A DNA stretch of 64,000 nucleotides. Origin: a virus. Below the pieces are notes generated by a model. It searched no databases, had not been told where the DNA came from, and saw nothing but the letters and a program-made list of their open reading frames with translations. A program made the position numbers and the translations under genes. Below, piece by piece: positions 27,668-37,315 of this stretch. Every line of letters starts with the position of its first letter. Position 1 is the first letter of the stretch. The stretch lies in the IMG/VR virus record IMGVR_UViG_3300007512_000012, positions 1 to 64,000 of that record, one strand, 5' to 3'.

Positions 27668-27981
27668 TCCGCGTACAGGCCCCGGCCGACATCCCCGAGG
27701 GGCCGCACTTCGCGGTCCACGTCTACAAGAGCAACAGCGTCCACGTCCCCGGCGACGAGCGGAGCCGCACCCACCCAGGGCACGGTTACCCCGCGCACAC
27801 GGCCACCAACGAGACCTTCGAGCACTGGGTGACCACCGACGAGGCGGCCCTCAACGCGAAGGTGGCTGAACTCTCGAAGGTCCCGAAGCACAGCTACGGC
27901 TGGAAGCAGCCCGTCTTCGCGGTCCTGAAGGTCGAGCGCAAGCTGACCGTGACGACCACGACGACCGTGGGCATCAAGTAG
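27664..27981 (+). CDS. Hypothetical protein (105 aa)
   Basis: ATGA overlap and typical codon bias. Confidence 0.7.
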   Translation: MIRVQAPADIPEGPHFAVHVYKSNSVHVPGDERSRTHPGHGYPAHTATNETFEHWVTTDEAALNAKVAELSKVPKHSYGWKQPVFAVLKVERKLTVTTTTTVGIK

Positions 27982-27986
27982 CCGCC

Positions 27987-28250
27987 GTGCGATTCCTCAC
28001 CGTCTTCCTCAAGGACGGGGACACCACCCGGCGGATGGATGTCAACAGCGAGTACCGCGTCGGCGACCTGCTGACGCAGACGGACTTCGAGTTGCTCCGC
28101 AGCGGGGAGATCCTCGTCGTGCAGGGGGCCGCCATCTGCATGAGCGAGTCGCACCTGAGCGACAACGGCACCTTCGAGATTCTCCGTGACCCCGACGCCA
28201 TCAAGGCCCGCGTCCAGGGGATGTTCAAGGTGCCCTCATGCTCGTCGTGA
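27987..28250 (+). CDS. Hypothetical protein (87 aa)
   Basis: Fills the operon gap with typical codon bias. Confidence 0.55.
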   Translation: MRFLTVFLKDGDTTRRMDVNSEYRVGDLLTQTDFELLRSGEILVVQGAAICMSESHLSDNGTFEILRDPDAIKARVQGMFKVPSCSS

Positions 28251-28486
28251 AGATCGAAATCTGGCCCCTCGGCCACGAGGACCAGGCGGAGGAGATCGGC
28301 CGGATGCTGATCCACAACCGGGGCGACCACAAGAACCGGCCCCGACGCGGCAACTACGGCGTCCGCCTGATGCGCAAGGGGGCCGCCAGGACCGTCCAGC
28401 GCACCGCCGAGGTGCTGGACTACCCCCGGCTCTCGTACCCCGTCTGGAAGCTCGTCAGACGCGCCCTCGAAGCCCTGGACGTGTAG
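28238..28486 (+). CDS. Hypothetical protein (82 aa)
   Basis: Typical codon bias; AAGG upstream. Confidence 0.65.
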   Translation: MLVVKIEIWPLGHEDQAEEIGRMLIHNRGDHKNRPRRGNYGVRLMRKGAARTVQRTAEVLDYPRLSYPVWKLVRRALEALDV

Positions 28487-28514
28487 GGCTCAAGACCCCG
28501 AGCCCGCAGGTGGT
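28487..28514 (+). promoter_or_regulatory. Putative early/middle promoter GGCTCA-N17-GTGGT (leaderless gene follows)
   Basis: Recurring motif ending 6 nt before ATG 28521. Confidence 0.6.
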
Positions 28515-28520
28515 AGCTGT

Positions 28521-29526
28521 ATGGACAAGGAGCCCCACATCTGGACCCTGATGGGGTCCGGCCATCGCGTGACGACGTGCTACGAGCGCCCGCTCGCACG
28601 AGTGATGCACGAGGGCCAGGAGTACATCACCACCGACCGGCTCTCCTGCTACGTGTCCCATCCGCTGCTCGACCTGTTCACAGGCACCGTCGAGGAGGTC
28701 TGGCTGACGCAGGAGCAGATGAGGGGGTTCGATCAGCCCACCTACCGAGACGACGAGCCACACCCCCGGACGTTCGACCTGCCCGAGATCGGCCTGCCCG
28801 ACCGCGCAACGGAGCGGAAGATCGGGCAGACGACGGGGCGGTTGGAGGGCCACAGCGCCCCCAACAGCCTGCACCGCATCGTGCAGGACAACGGGGGGCC
28901 ACTGGTGGTCCGGGGACATCACCGAGCCGAGCATCCGCCCCTACTGGATCAAGCCCGCCAGGAAAGGCCGGACCCTGTTCCGGCCTCGACTCCAGTTCGT
29001 GATGCCGCATCTGCGCTACCTGAACTGCGTGGGCGACGACGAAGTCTGGGTCCAGCCCTGGGGCCGGTCCGACCGCAAGGACCGGGTGACCGTCTGCACC
29101 CACAAGGTCCGCAAGGTCATCGAGGACCTCGGCATGTGGGGCCACTACTACCCCAAGGGTGAGGCCCGGTTCGACGAAGATCTGGCCCGCCAGGAGTGCC
29201 TGGCCCGCAAGAACGAGCTGGTGACCACGATGCTCGCCGATGGCACGGCAGCCATCGAGGAGCGCAAGGAACTCCGGCTGGAGAACGACCGGCTCACCCA
29301 GGAGCGGCTGGCGGCAGAGAGGCGGATGCAGGCCGCCGAGAAGTCCCTGAAGGAGATGGTGGCGCGTGTGCCCGACGACGTGGAGCAGGCCCTCACCGAA
29401 CTCCGCAGGGAGCGCGACGAGGCCCTGGAGGCCGCCAGGAAGGCCGATGAGACGCTGGAGACGGCCCGCCGGGAGAACACCGGCTGGGACTGGAGCCGGT
29501 TCCTGGGAGGCGACGACGAGGACTGA
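28521..29526 (+). pseudogene. Hypothetical coiled-coil protein split by a +1 frameshift in a G6 run (28893-28898)
   Basis: Removing one G gives ...VQDNGGHWWSGDITEPSIRPYW...QFVMPHLRY..., joining track ORFs 28521..29162 and 28999..29526 with continuous GC3 bias. Confidence 0.65.
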
Positions 29527-29527
29527 C

Positions 29528-29555
29528 GCCCCGGCGGCTCAAGAACCGCCGGGGC
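29528..29555. terminator. Hairpin between convergent genes (probable bidirectional terminator)
   Basis: GCCCCGGCGG-N8-CCGCCGGGGC perfect 10-bp stem, without a U-tract. Confidence 0.6.
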
Positions 29556-29565
29556 TGGTCAGGGT

Positions 29566-32500
29566 CTACAGGCTCGCCCGCAGGTGGAACCGCAGGACGA
29601 TGTAGAGCAGCGGGAAGACCGGCTGGTAGAAGGCCTCGACGTTGGCGACCGTGGGGTCGTCGGCGTCGGGGGTGGCCTTCAGGCCGGTGTAGATCGCGAT
29701 GATCTGCTGCTTCACGAGCGTCTGCATCATCTTCGCGAGCCGCCCCTCGACCTGCGAGAGGATGCCGGGCAGGAACTTCAGCCCGATGAACGGGTCGAGC
29801 GTGGCCCGGCTCTGCTGCTGGACGTGATCCGCGATGAGCCGGACGGTCGGCGTCTTCGTCAGGATGTTCGTCATGTCGGTCGTCAGACCGTGACGCACCC
29901 GGATGAAGGGGGGCTTGTCGTCCAGCACCGTGATGCCCGCGACGGCGAGCTGGTTCTGCTGCACCGCGTCGAGGGTCCGGGCGAGCTGGCTCGGGCCGAC
30001 GAGCTTCCGCCGCGTCCACGGGGACGCCACGTCGTAGTTCGGCGACACGACCGAGCCGACCATCATGGCGGCCAGCATCGGGCCGTCGATCAGGTGCTCC
30101 TTGCTCGTCCCGTTGTCGTCCTCGATGTCGATGAGGGCCATGTCCGGGTAGACCAGGCGCATCCGGTCGCTGGAGAGGACCCCCGCGAGCGTCTTCGCCT
30201 GCTCCTCCGTCGAGCCCGCCGACATGCCGATGACCGACGTGCGCTCGCTCCGGTAGCGGATGGACGACTGGATGTCGTTGGACCGCGAGAGGAGCTGGTA
30301 GAGCTGCGTCGAGCTGCCGAGCAGCGGGGTGATGAGGTCCGGCTCGATGTGGCCGGGCAGCACGCCCTCCAGCTCGGTGACGGCCGACACGTAGGTCGTC
30401 ACGTCGGCGAAGTTGCTGCCCTCGGCCCTCGGCACCTGCTTGATGCCGACCAGGACCGCCCCGTTGATCATCGCCAGGTAGGCCGCCAGCGACACCGGGT
30501 TCTCCGGGTGGATGGAGCCGTAGGCCGCGATGATGGACGACATGCGGGTGAAGAAGGCCGTCGTGAAGTCCTGCTTCTGGTAGACGTAGCTGGCGTAGTA
30601 GAGGTCCCCGATGGCGGGCTCCTCGCCCCCACGCGGGTACGTCGTCACGGTCGCCGTGTCCCCCACGCCCACGTCGGACGTGTTCGCCACCTTCAGCTCG
30701 ATGCCGGGGATGGACCGGATGGGCAGGTTGGCGTCGGTCGTGACCGTCTTGCTCACCCGGAACAGGAACGTCGCCGCGTCCGGGTAGGCGATCCACGGCC
30801 CGGCCGAGTTGTCGTGCCAGCCGCGCGGCAGGATGGTGAAGGTCAGGCCCGTCACCGCGTCGCGGTAGGTCTGGCCGATGGTGCCGTCCTGCCCCGTGCC
30901 CGCGTTCAGGATCGAGGTGTCCGCCGAGCCGGAGCCGTTCACCGCGTCCGAGGACGTGACGAAGAACCCGTTGATCCCGGCCTCACCCGCCGAGCCGTTG
31001 CTGTCCAGCTCGTCGATGCCCGTCCCGACGAACAGCCAGGAGCGGGTCGTCGCGTCGAGCAGGGTGATGGTGGAGCCGGTGCCGTAGTCGGTGGCCGCCG
31101 GTCCCGCCGAGATGATGTGCAGGTACTTCCGCGACGCGGCGTCCGTCACCACCTTGGCGAGCGCCTGGCCCGCGAACTCCGTCGCCGCTCCGCCGATGGA
31201 GGAGAAGTCGTGGAGGAAGTTCGACAGGCTGCCCGGCTCGCGGTGCGAGTTGAGGGCCGAGGCCAGCAGCTCCGCCGTCACCAGCACCCGAGCCGCCACC
31301 GTGCCCTCGGTCAGGCCGAGCAGCGTGTTGGCCGACCCGGCACCCACCTCGACGCGGTGCGTCTCGTGGAAGCCCTGGCTGGTGATGCGGAAGCCCGCAC
31401 CCTCGGCCTGGACGATGCCCGCCGCCTGGACCGCCCCCAGGTTCCCGAAGGGGGCACCCGGCAGGTTGGCGATGGCCGTCTGGATCTGGAGGATGATGCG
31501 GTTGCCCGCCCCCGCCGCGATGCCGAGGATGTTCACCGTCCCCGCCGCAGCAGCCGCGAACTCGACCCGCACCGGCTCACCGTCGAGGGTGAACTCCAGC
31601 ACGTTGTTGGCCGCCTGCGCGCCCGTGCCGTCGAAGAAGGTGACCTGCGGCTCGCCCACGGCGTCGGTGCCGCCCGCGAAGCCGACCCGGCCGAGGACGG
31701 AGGCCGCCAGGACCGTGCCGCCGTGACCGGCCTCGCCGTACTCGGCGTTGCTGATCCCGGCCTTCGTGTTGCCCGAGCCCGCCCCGACGAGGAGCTGGCA
31801 CTGGTCCACCGCGTCGTGCGCCGTGACGGACACGCCGCCCGGCTGGAGCCGGTTGCGGAGGACCAGGCGGTCGTAGTTGAACGTGCCGGTCGCGGCGGGC
31901 ACCTGGAGGCGGTAGCCCCGCGCGATGCCCACGTCGGAGCCGACGCCGCCGTTCGGCCCGCTGATGAGCTTGGCCTGCTGACCGGCCGCCCCCGCCACGT
32001 CGAACCCGGCGAGGACACCGAGGTCGTCCGCCGCCGCGCCCTGCGCCACGATCTCCAGGTAGGCCGCCTGGTCCAGGGGACCGGGCTGGAACTGCACCTG
32101 GAGGCGACCGTCGCCGTCCGCCGAGAAGATGAAGTCCGTGCCGAGGTTGGCCGCCGCCAGCGTCGCCACCGCCGACGCCGCCGCCGGGCCGATGAGGAAC
32201 GTGTGGCCGCCGACCGGGGCTCCCCGGAAGGCCTCGTTGAGGTCCGTCGCCAGGTCGGTGACCGAGCTGTGCAGGGCCGCCACGGTGGCGCTCAGGGAGA
32301 CCGCCGCCTGGGTGTCGCCGAGGATGCGAACGGTGATGGTGTCGAAGCCCGCACCACCGGCCAGGTCCACCGGGCCGTTGAAGCGCGTCGCGCCCTTCAG
32401 GACCGGCATCGTGTCCGGGTTGTAGAGCTTGTAGGGGTCGGCCAGGACGAAGGCGTTCACGCCGTCGATGGCCGCCGTCAGGGTGACGACGCCCGTGGTC

Positions 32501-34908
32501 CCGTTGTAGTCGAGGACCTCGCCGACCGAGCCCGCCGTGATGGCCGTCGCCCCGTTGCCGACGACGACGAGCCAGCCGTTGTAGTAGTCGTCGATGGGCA
32601 CGCGGTAGGTCGCGTCCAGCTCGAAGGTCGTCGTCGCCGGGGCAGCCGCGCCCGCGACGCCGACGTGGCCGTCCGCCGCCTCGTTGATGGCCGCCGCGAT
32701 GTCCGCGACCGTGGTGTTCGCCACGGCCGGGACGGTGGCGGTGATCTCCACCCCGTCCACGGTGAGGATGATCTGCTCGGCACCCGCCGTGAAGTCGGCC
32801 ACGTCGAAGTCGGTGCCGTCCGGGTACTCCAGCGGCTCGCCGACGAAGTGGGCCATGACGCCCGCCGCACCACCGGAGATGGTGTCGAGGTCGGTGCCCG
32901 CCGCCGGGAGGACCGTGTCGCCGTTGATGGTCATCGCCACCAGGTCGGACTCGGCGGGGATGAAGGCGTAGGGGGCCGGTCCGGCGACCGTGTACTTCGC
33001 CGGGGTGTCCGAGGTGTCCGAGAAGGTGACCGTGACCACCTCCTCCACCGGACCCTGGAAGGTCGTGCCGGAGCCGCCCTCGAAGTGCAGGTCCGGGGTC
33101 AGCTCGCTGCCGCTCGGGAACACGATGTCGATGCCGGTGAGGCCCGCCGACTTCGTGCTGTTGTCGAACGTCGGCGTGAACACGTCGTTGCTGCCGGAGT
33201 CCTGAATCGTGTAGGTCCCGACGCCGCTGACGCCGGGGATGACCACGGCCAGGGTGTAGGCCATGTCCACGATGAGGGAGTGGTAGAAGCTGGCGTAGAC
33301 GCTCGCCCCGACCGGGACGGGCTCGCGCAGCGTGACCACGCTCCCCTCGACCTTGACGGCGTCCACCTTGCCCCGTGCCAGGGCGTCGTCCACCGAGAAG
33401 CCCCAGTAGACATCGACCACGTCGGGCCGGTTCACCGGGACGCCGATGCGGTCGTTGGCGACGCTCTGGAAGAGGCTCTGCCCGAGGCTCGTCGAGCGGC
33501 CGTTGCCGAGGGTCGGGTTCAGCGGGAGCTGGAACTCGGTCGCGCTCGCGGCACCCTGCGACGACACGACGGCCGTGCAGGGGGACATGAAGGTGCGGTT
33601 GTCGATCAGGGTCGGGGTGATCTGCGTGTCGTCGAACAGCTCGGAGCCGGTCGTCGTGATGCCGCTGGCGACCAGGGCCGCCGTGCCCCACATGACCCGG
33701 TCGTTCTCCAGCACGAAGTCCGCGCCCTGGATGTACTGGCTGCCGCCCGGCACGTCGCCGACGCGGGTGAGGCTCGTCACGTTGACGTGCGCCAGGTGGT
33801 CGTAGGTGTCCTGCCAGGTGTTGAACCAGTAGGTCACCGTCACCGTCGCACCGGCCACCGGGGCCTGCGTCAGGGTGATGGCCCGCGTCGCGCCGTCCAC
33901 GCTCTCGGGGATGACCTGCGTGCCGTCCACCTTCACCGTGACGTGGCTCGGGTCGGTCGTCGTGACGCCGCCGTTGGTGCCGTCCACGATGGGGCCGTTG
34001 AAGGTGTAGAAGGTCTTGCGGCGGGTGCTCGTGCTCCCGGCCACCAGGCCGAGCAGCGCGTTCGCCGTGCCGTCGAGGACCGTCAGGTCGTGGTCGGCGT
34101 TGAGCGACAGGGTGCTCTCGCCGTGGTTGTTGACGAAGGTCGCGCCCGTCAGCGTCCCGATGCCCGCACCGGAGATCACGTTCGCGATCTGCTGCATCGT
34201 GTAGTCGGACTTGGGCGTCAGCGTCAGCGTGGTCTGCGTGCCGTCCACGACGAGGTTCAGCACGTTGTTCGCCGGGACGACCACCTGGCCGTTGGGGCCG
34301 AGGGTGTCCGCGTGGATGTCGAGGGTCGTGGTCCCCGGCGTCGGGGCGTTCACGTCCTTGATGCCGACGCTGGCCCGGATGATGGCCGCCTCGGCCGTCA
34401 CCTGGTCGGACACGTCGTCCGTGACGAGGGTGTCCTCGCGGTTGAAGAAGTAGCTGACCCGGACCAGGTCGCCGAGCTTCGGAGCCGTCGCCAGCTCGAT
34501 GATGCCGGTCGCACCCGTCACCGACAGGACCACGATGGGCAGCCCGTTGATGGTGACGCTCACGTCGCTGCGGCTGTTGCTGGTCGTGCCCCGACCCGTG
34601 CCGTCCACGATGGGCAGGTTCCGCACCTGCACCTTCGTCAGCGTGCCGTCGAAGTTGCCCCGCGTCACCGCCCCGGTCGCCGAGACGCTGACCACCGAGC
34701 GGCCGGTCATGTCCTCGCCGACGATCCGCTGGTCCACCGTGGCGGAGGAGCCGCGCACGACCTCCAGGTCGGTCTGCGAGAGGTACTCGTTGCCCTCACC
34801 GATGAGGACCGGGACCTTCAGGGACTCGATGGCCCCGATGAGCGGGTTCTCGAAGTCCGTCTCGGTGTAGACGTTGGGGGGAGCGTAGTTCAGTCCGGGG
34901 AAAGCCAT
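29566..34908 (-). CDS. Contractile tail sheath protein, giant (1780 aa)
   Basis: N-terminal YAPPNVYTET...VPVLIGEG. C-terminal sheath domain (YG...NPVSLAAYLAMING, RMRLVYP, QLAVAGITVL, IRVRHGLTT, YQPVFPLLYI). Confidence 0.9.
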   Translation of the reverse strand: MAFPGLNYAPPNVYTETDFENPLIGAIESLKVPVLIGEGNEYLSQTDLEVVRGSSATVDQRIVGEDMTGRSVVSVSATGAVTRGNFDGTLTKVQVRNLPIVDGTGRGTTSNSRSDVSVTINGLPIVVLSVTGATGIIELATAPKLGDLVRVSYFFNREDTLVTDDVSDQVTAEAAIIRASVGIKDVNAPTPGTTTLDIHADTLGPNGQVVVPANNVLNLVVDGTQTTLTLTPKSDYTMQQIANVISGAGIGTLTGATFVNNHGESTLSLNADHDLTVLDGTANALLGLVAGSTSTRRKTFYTFNGPIVDGTNGGVTTTDPSHVTVKVDGTQVIPESVDGATRAITLTQAPVAGATVTVTYWFNTWQDTYDHLAHVNVTSLTRVGDVPGGSQYIQGADFVLENDRVMWGTAALVASGITTTGSELFDDTQITPTLIDNRTFMSPCTAVVSSQGAASATEFQLPLNPTLGNGRSTSLGQSLFQSVANDRIGVPVNRPDVVDVYWGFSVDDALARGKVDAVKVEGSVVTLREPVPVGASVYASFYHSLIVDMAYTLAVVIPGVSGVGTYTIQDSGSNDVFTPTFDNSTKSAGLTGIDIVFPSGSELTPDLHFEGGSGTTFQGPVEEVVTVTFSDTSDTPAKYTVAGPAPYAFIPAESDLVAMTINGDTVLPAAGTDLDTISGGAAGVMAHFVGEPLEYPDGTDFDVADFTAGAEQIILTVDGVEITATVPAVANTTVADIAAAINEAADGHVGVAGAAAPATTTFELDATYRVPIDDYYNGWLVVVGNGATAITAGSVGEVLDYNGTTGVVTLTAAIDGVNAFVLADPYKLYNPDTMPVLKGATRFNGPVDLAGGAGFDTITVRILGDTQAAVSLSATVAALHSSVTDLATDLNEAFRGAPVGGHTFLIGPAAASAVATLAAANLGTDFIFSADGDGRLQVQFQPGPLDQAAYLEIVAQGAAADDLGVLAGFDVAGAAGQQAKLISGPNGGVGSDVGIARGYRLQVPAATGTFNYDRLVLRNRLQPGGVSVTAHDAVDQCQLLVGAGSGNTKAGISNAEYGEAGHGGTVLAASVLGRVGFAGGTDAVGEPQVTFFDGTGAQAANNVLEFTLDGEPVRVEFAAAAAGTVNILGIAAGAGNRIILQIQTAIANLPGAPFGNLGAVQAAGIVQAEGAGFRITSQGFHETHRVEVGAGSANTLLGLTEGTVAARVLVTAELLASALNSHREPGSLSNFLHDFSSIGGAATEFAGQALAKVVTDAASRKYLHIISAGPAATDYGTGSTITLLDATTRSWLFVGTGIDELDSNGSAGEAGINGFFVTSSDAVNGSGSADTSILNAGTGQDGTIGQTYRDAVTGLTFTILPRGWHDNSAGPWIAYPDAATFLFRVSKTVTTDANLPIRSIPGIELKVANTSDVGVGDTATVTTYPRGGEEPAIGDLYYASYVYQKQDFTTAFFTRMSSIIAAYGSIHPENPVSLAAYLAMINGAVLVGIKQVPRAEGSNFADVTTYVSAVTELEGVLPGHIEPDLITPLLGSSTQLYQLLSRSNDIQSSIRYRSERTSVIGMSAGSTEEQAKTLAGVLSSDRMRLVYPDMALIDIEDDNGTSKEHLIDGPMLAAMMVGSVVSPNYDVASPWTRRKLVGPSQLARTLDAVQQNQLAVAGITVLDDKPPFIRVRHGLTTDMTNILTKTPTVRLIADHVQQQSRATLDPFIGLKFLPGILSQVEGRLAKMMQTLVKQQIIAIYTGLKATPDADDPTVANVEAFYQPVFPLLYIVLRFHLRASL

Positions 34909-35108
34909 CAGGGCACCTCACGAGTTGGTCCACGGGGTTCGAGCATCCGGCTGTCCGCATCGAATCCATCCGCCCCTTCAAGGGGGGAGGCAGATCTCCC
35001 GAAGGAGAGCACCAGCTAGTGATCCATCCAGTCGTTCATCCCCATCGTGACCATCTCCCCGCAGGGAGAGGAGGTGCCCAGGCGTCGTCCCGAAGAACTC
35101 GCCCTTCG
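34909..35108 (-). ncRNA. Candidate structured 5' leader of the sheath gene
   Basis: GGGCACCTC (34911-34919) and GAGGTGCCC (35071-35079) form a long-range stem that includes the GAGG RBS. Internal hairpins include a C(UUCG)G tetraloop. Confidence 0.5.
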
Positions 35109-35128
35109 CTGTAACTGCTGCGGGATAG
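35109..35128 (-). promoter_or_regulatory. Putative late promoter variant (GTTaggCTAT-N12-ACAG) upstream of the sheath leader
   Basis: Partial match to the recurring motif. Confidence 0.4.
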
Positions 35129-35133
35129 CCTAA

Positions 35134-35562
35134 CTAACGGCTGTCCCGCTTCCACTCGCCCGCCTTCTCGTGGATCTTCTGTGCTCGGTCGTGGACTGCA
35201 CGCTCCTCCGGCTTGAGCACGCCGTAGCTGCCGTCCGGCCGCTTCGAGAGGTCCTTGCCGGTGACCCCCTCGGCGGCCATGACCTCTTCCTTCTGCCGCT
35301 TCCGGCCCTCGGCGACATCCCACCCCTGGCGGGAGGACTGGCCGATCACGCGATCGATGTGCGTGTCCAGGTCGTGGATGCCGGTGTTCTGCGGGCCGGG
35401 GCCGTCCACGTTCTTGTTGAAGTGCCCGGCCACCGTCGAAGGCGGCATCGGAGGGGCGTCCTCGCCACAGTCCGGGCACTCCTTCGGCTTCCGCCGGTCG
35501 GCGACAGGCGCACGCCCGTCGAAGCGCACGCCACAGGCGCACTGGTACTCGTAGGTGGGCAT
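35134..35562 (-). CDS. FmdB-family zinc-ribbon protein
   Basis: MPTYEYQCACG...KECPDCG. Confidence 0.8.
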   Translation of the reverse strand: MPTYEYQCACGVRFDGRAPVADRRKPKECPDCGEDAPPMPPSTVAGHFNKNVDGPGPQNTGIHDLDTHIDRVIGQSSRQGWDVAEGRKRQKEEVMAAEGVTGKDLSKRPDGSYGVLKPEERAVHDRAQKIHEKAGEWKRDSR

Positions 35563-35852
35563 CAGCAGAACCTCCCGACGAGCATCTTCCGGCCTTCCGG
35601 GGTGCGGATGAGCCCACGAAGGGTCGGCTCCGTCTGCACCTCCAGTTCCTCGACCGACAGCGGCGGCCCGAGAGCTTCGTCGATGGTGTGGGAGAGCGCG
35701 TTCAGGTTGATGAGGTGGTGCTTCTCATCGGTGTGGTCGATGAACCCGATGCTCCGCCTCACCGTCTCGTCGGCGGAGACGAGTTCGTGCCCCCGGCAGG
35801 CTTCGAGCTGGTCGAACCAGGACTTCGCCGTCTTGTGTCGTACTTCTTCCAT
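35562..35852 (-). CDS. Hypothetical protein (96 aa)
   Basis: Translationally coupled within the operon. Confidence 0.6.
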   Translation of the reverse strand: MEEVRHKTAKSWFDQLEACRGHELVSADETVRRSIGFIDHTDEKHHLINLNALSHTIDEALGPPLSVEELEVQTEPTLRGLIRTPEGRKMLVGRFC

Positions 35853-35858
35853 CGGGTC

Positions 35859-37073
35859 CTACTTGATCATCGGGAAGGTGCCTGCCTTGCCCGACCAGAA
35901 GGGGTCCTGCACGGCCTGGACACCAAGGTCTTCCAGTGCCTTGATGTTACCGTCCTCCCCCCGAAGTTCATCATCGGACAGGGCCTCGATCTCCGCTGCC
36001 TGCTCCCGCGTCAGCGGAGCGGCCTGCCGGAGCCAGCCGTCGATGGGGACGTGAAGGGACCAGTCGGTCTGGCAGGTGATCGAGAAGTTCGCGTTGTAGA
36101 AGTAGTCGTCGCCGTTCTCGTCGTACACCTCCTCCGACTCCCCGCCCAGCGAGACATCGGTGATCTCGATGCCCTGGTGGGACAGGTGGGATCGGAGGAC
36201 GCCCCACAGGTACACGACCGTCTGATCGACGATCTCCTGCTGCGAGTACACGTCGCGGCTCATCACGTCGCAGTCGAGCTGCAACTCCCACTTGCCGCCG
36301 TACTCCAGGGCCGCCGGGCGGCGGATGTCGTGGACCACGATGGCGAGCTGGTCACCGGCCTGTGCCCGGCGACCGAAGGCCAGCACCACGCCCGGCAGGG
36401 CGGTGTTGTTGGCGTGCATCTCGGTGATGGGGTACGGCCCCTGCGACTCCAGCGGGTAGCGGTAGTCGGCCTGCAACCACCGCCCACCCGTCAGCGGCCT
36501 CGCCAGGGTGATGCCCCCGGTGAGCTGCTCGCCTCCGGCGTCGGTGTCCAGGGTGTAGCCCACCCCCTCGGTCATGCGGAAGCCGGAGGGCTGCTCGAAC
36601 AGGCGGAGGCTGCCCGGCAGCGGGGCCTGCGCAAGCTGTGCCGTCGTATCGGTGAGCAGGGTGACCGGCTCGCGGACCACCTCGATGAGCGGGTCCACGT
36701 AGAAGACCAGGCTCCCGGCCTCCTCCACGATGTCGATGTAGTAGATGCCGGGGTCGGTCGGGAACAGGCCGCCGTTGTTCTGGACCGCGACGGCATCCTC
36801 GCGCACCCACTCCAGCGAGAGGCCGGGCTTGTTCTTGACCTTGGTGAGCAGGCAGTAGCTCTCGACGACGCCGACGTAGTTGTCGGCGGAGAGGTCCACC
36901 CGGTTGCCCGAGCCGGTCTTGATGATGATCCCGTGCTGCGGGCGCTCCTTGAAGCTGAACTTCCCCTGGATGTTCTCGACCAGGTCGTCGCGGTACTTCG
37001 GGTGGTAGGACCAGTAGCGACGCAGCTCTTCGATGAAGCGTCGCTTCAGCGCCTCGGTGAGCTGGAAGTACAT
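35859..37073 (-). CDS. Putative tail terminator / tail completion protein
   Basis: C-terminal LQLDCDVMSRD...QQEIVD...YNANFSITCQTDW resembles the terminator fold. Lies upstream of the sheath. Confidence 0.5.
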   Translation of the reverse strand: MYFQLTEALKRRFIEELRRYWSYHPKYRDDLVENIQGKFSFKERPQHGIIIKTGSGNRVDLSADNYVGVVESYCLLTKVKNKPGLSLEWVREDAVAVQNNGGLFPTDPGIYYIDIVEEAGSLVFYVDPLIEVVREPVTLLTDTTAQLAQAPLPGSLRLFEQPSGFRMTEGVGYTLDTDAGGEQLTGGITLARPLTGGRWLQADYRYPLESQGPYPITEMHANNTALPGVVLAFGRRAQAGDQLAIVVHDIRRPAALEYGGKWELQLDCDVMSRDVYSQQEIVDQTVVYLWGVLRSHLSHQGIEITDVSLGGESEEVYDENGDDYFYNANFSITCQTDWSLHVPIDGWLRQAAPLTREQAAEIEALSDDELRGEDGNIKALEDLGVQAVQDPFWSGKAGTFPMIK

Positions 37074-37093
37074 GGCGTCGCCTCCACGGGGGT

Positions 37094-37113
37094 CTACCCT
37101 CCGCCGTCGATAG
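37094..37113 (-). promoter_or_regulatory. Putative late promoter CTAT-N12-GTAG
   Basis: Recurring motif, 20 nt upstream of ATG 37073. Confidence 0.6.
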
Positions 37114-37315
37114 GCGAATCAGGGAGGGCCACCACGACAGGGGCCTCGTGGCAGGGGCAGTCGCAGAGGATCTCGACCCCCTCCAGCCGGTGCTCGGAGC
37201 CCGTGCAAGCGAAGGTCGTCTCGTTGTCCGCCTCGGAGGCGCAGACGAACCTGTAGTCCTTGCCCTGGTGCGGGACGGATCGTTCCGGGTCGCAGAGCCG
37301 AGCCCGGATCTGCAT
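37094..37315 (-). CDS. Small Cys/His-rich hypothetical protein (73 aa)
   Basis: TGATG coupling; C..C...H...CDCPCH. Confidence 0.55.
   Translation of the reverse strand: MQIRARLCDPERSVPHQGKDYRFVCASEADNETTFACTGSEHRLEGVEILCDCPCHEAPVVVALPDSPIDGGG

Noticed and set aside
29536-29563. GGCTCA as another promoter copy
   Set aside because: It lies inside a terminator-like hairpin, has no GTRG at +17, and no plus-strand gene follows.
4279-34908. Chromosomal eCIS, tailocin or T6SS locus rather than a phage
   Set aside because: Neck and adaptor genes, thyX, dcd, homing-type nucleases and many phage-like small ORFs are present, while T6SS membrane-complex or Afp15-like ATPase genes are not.
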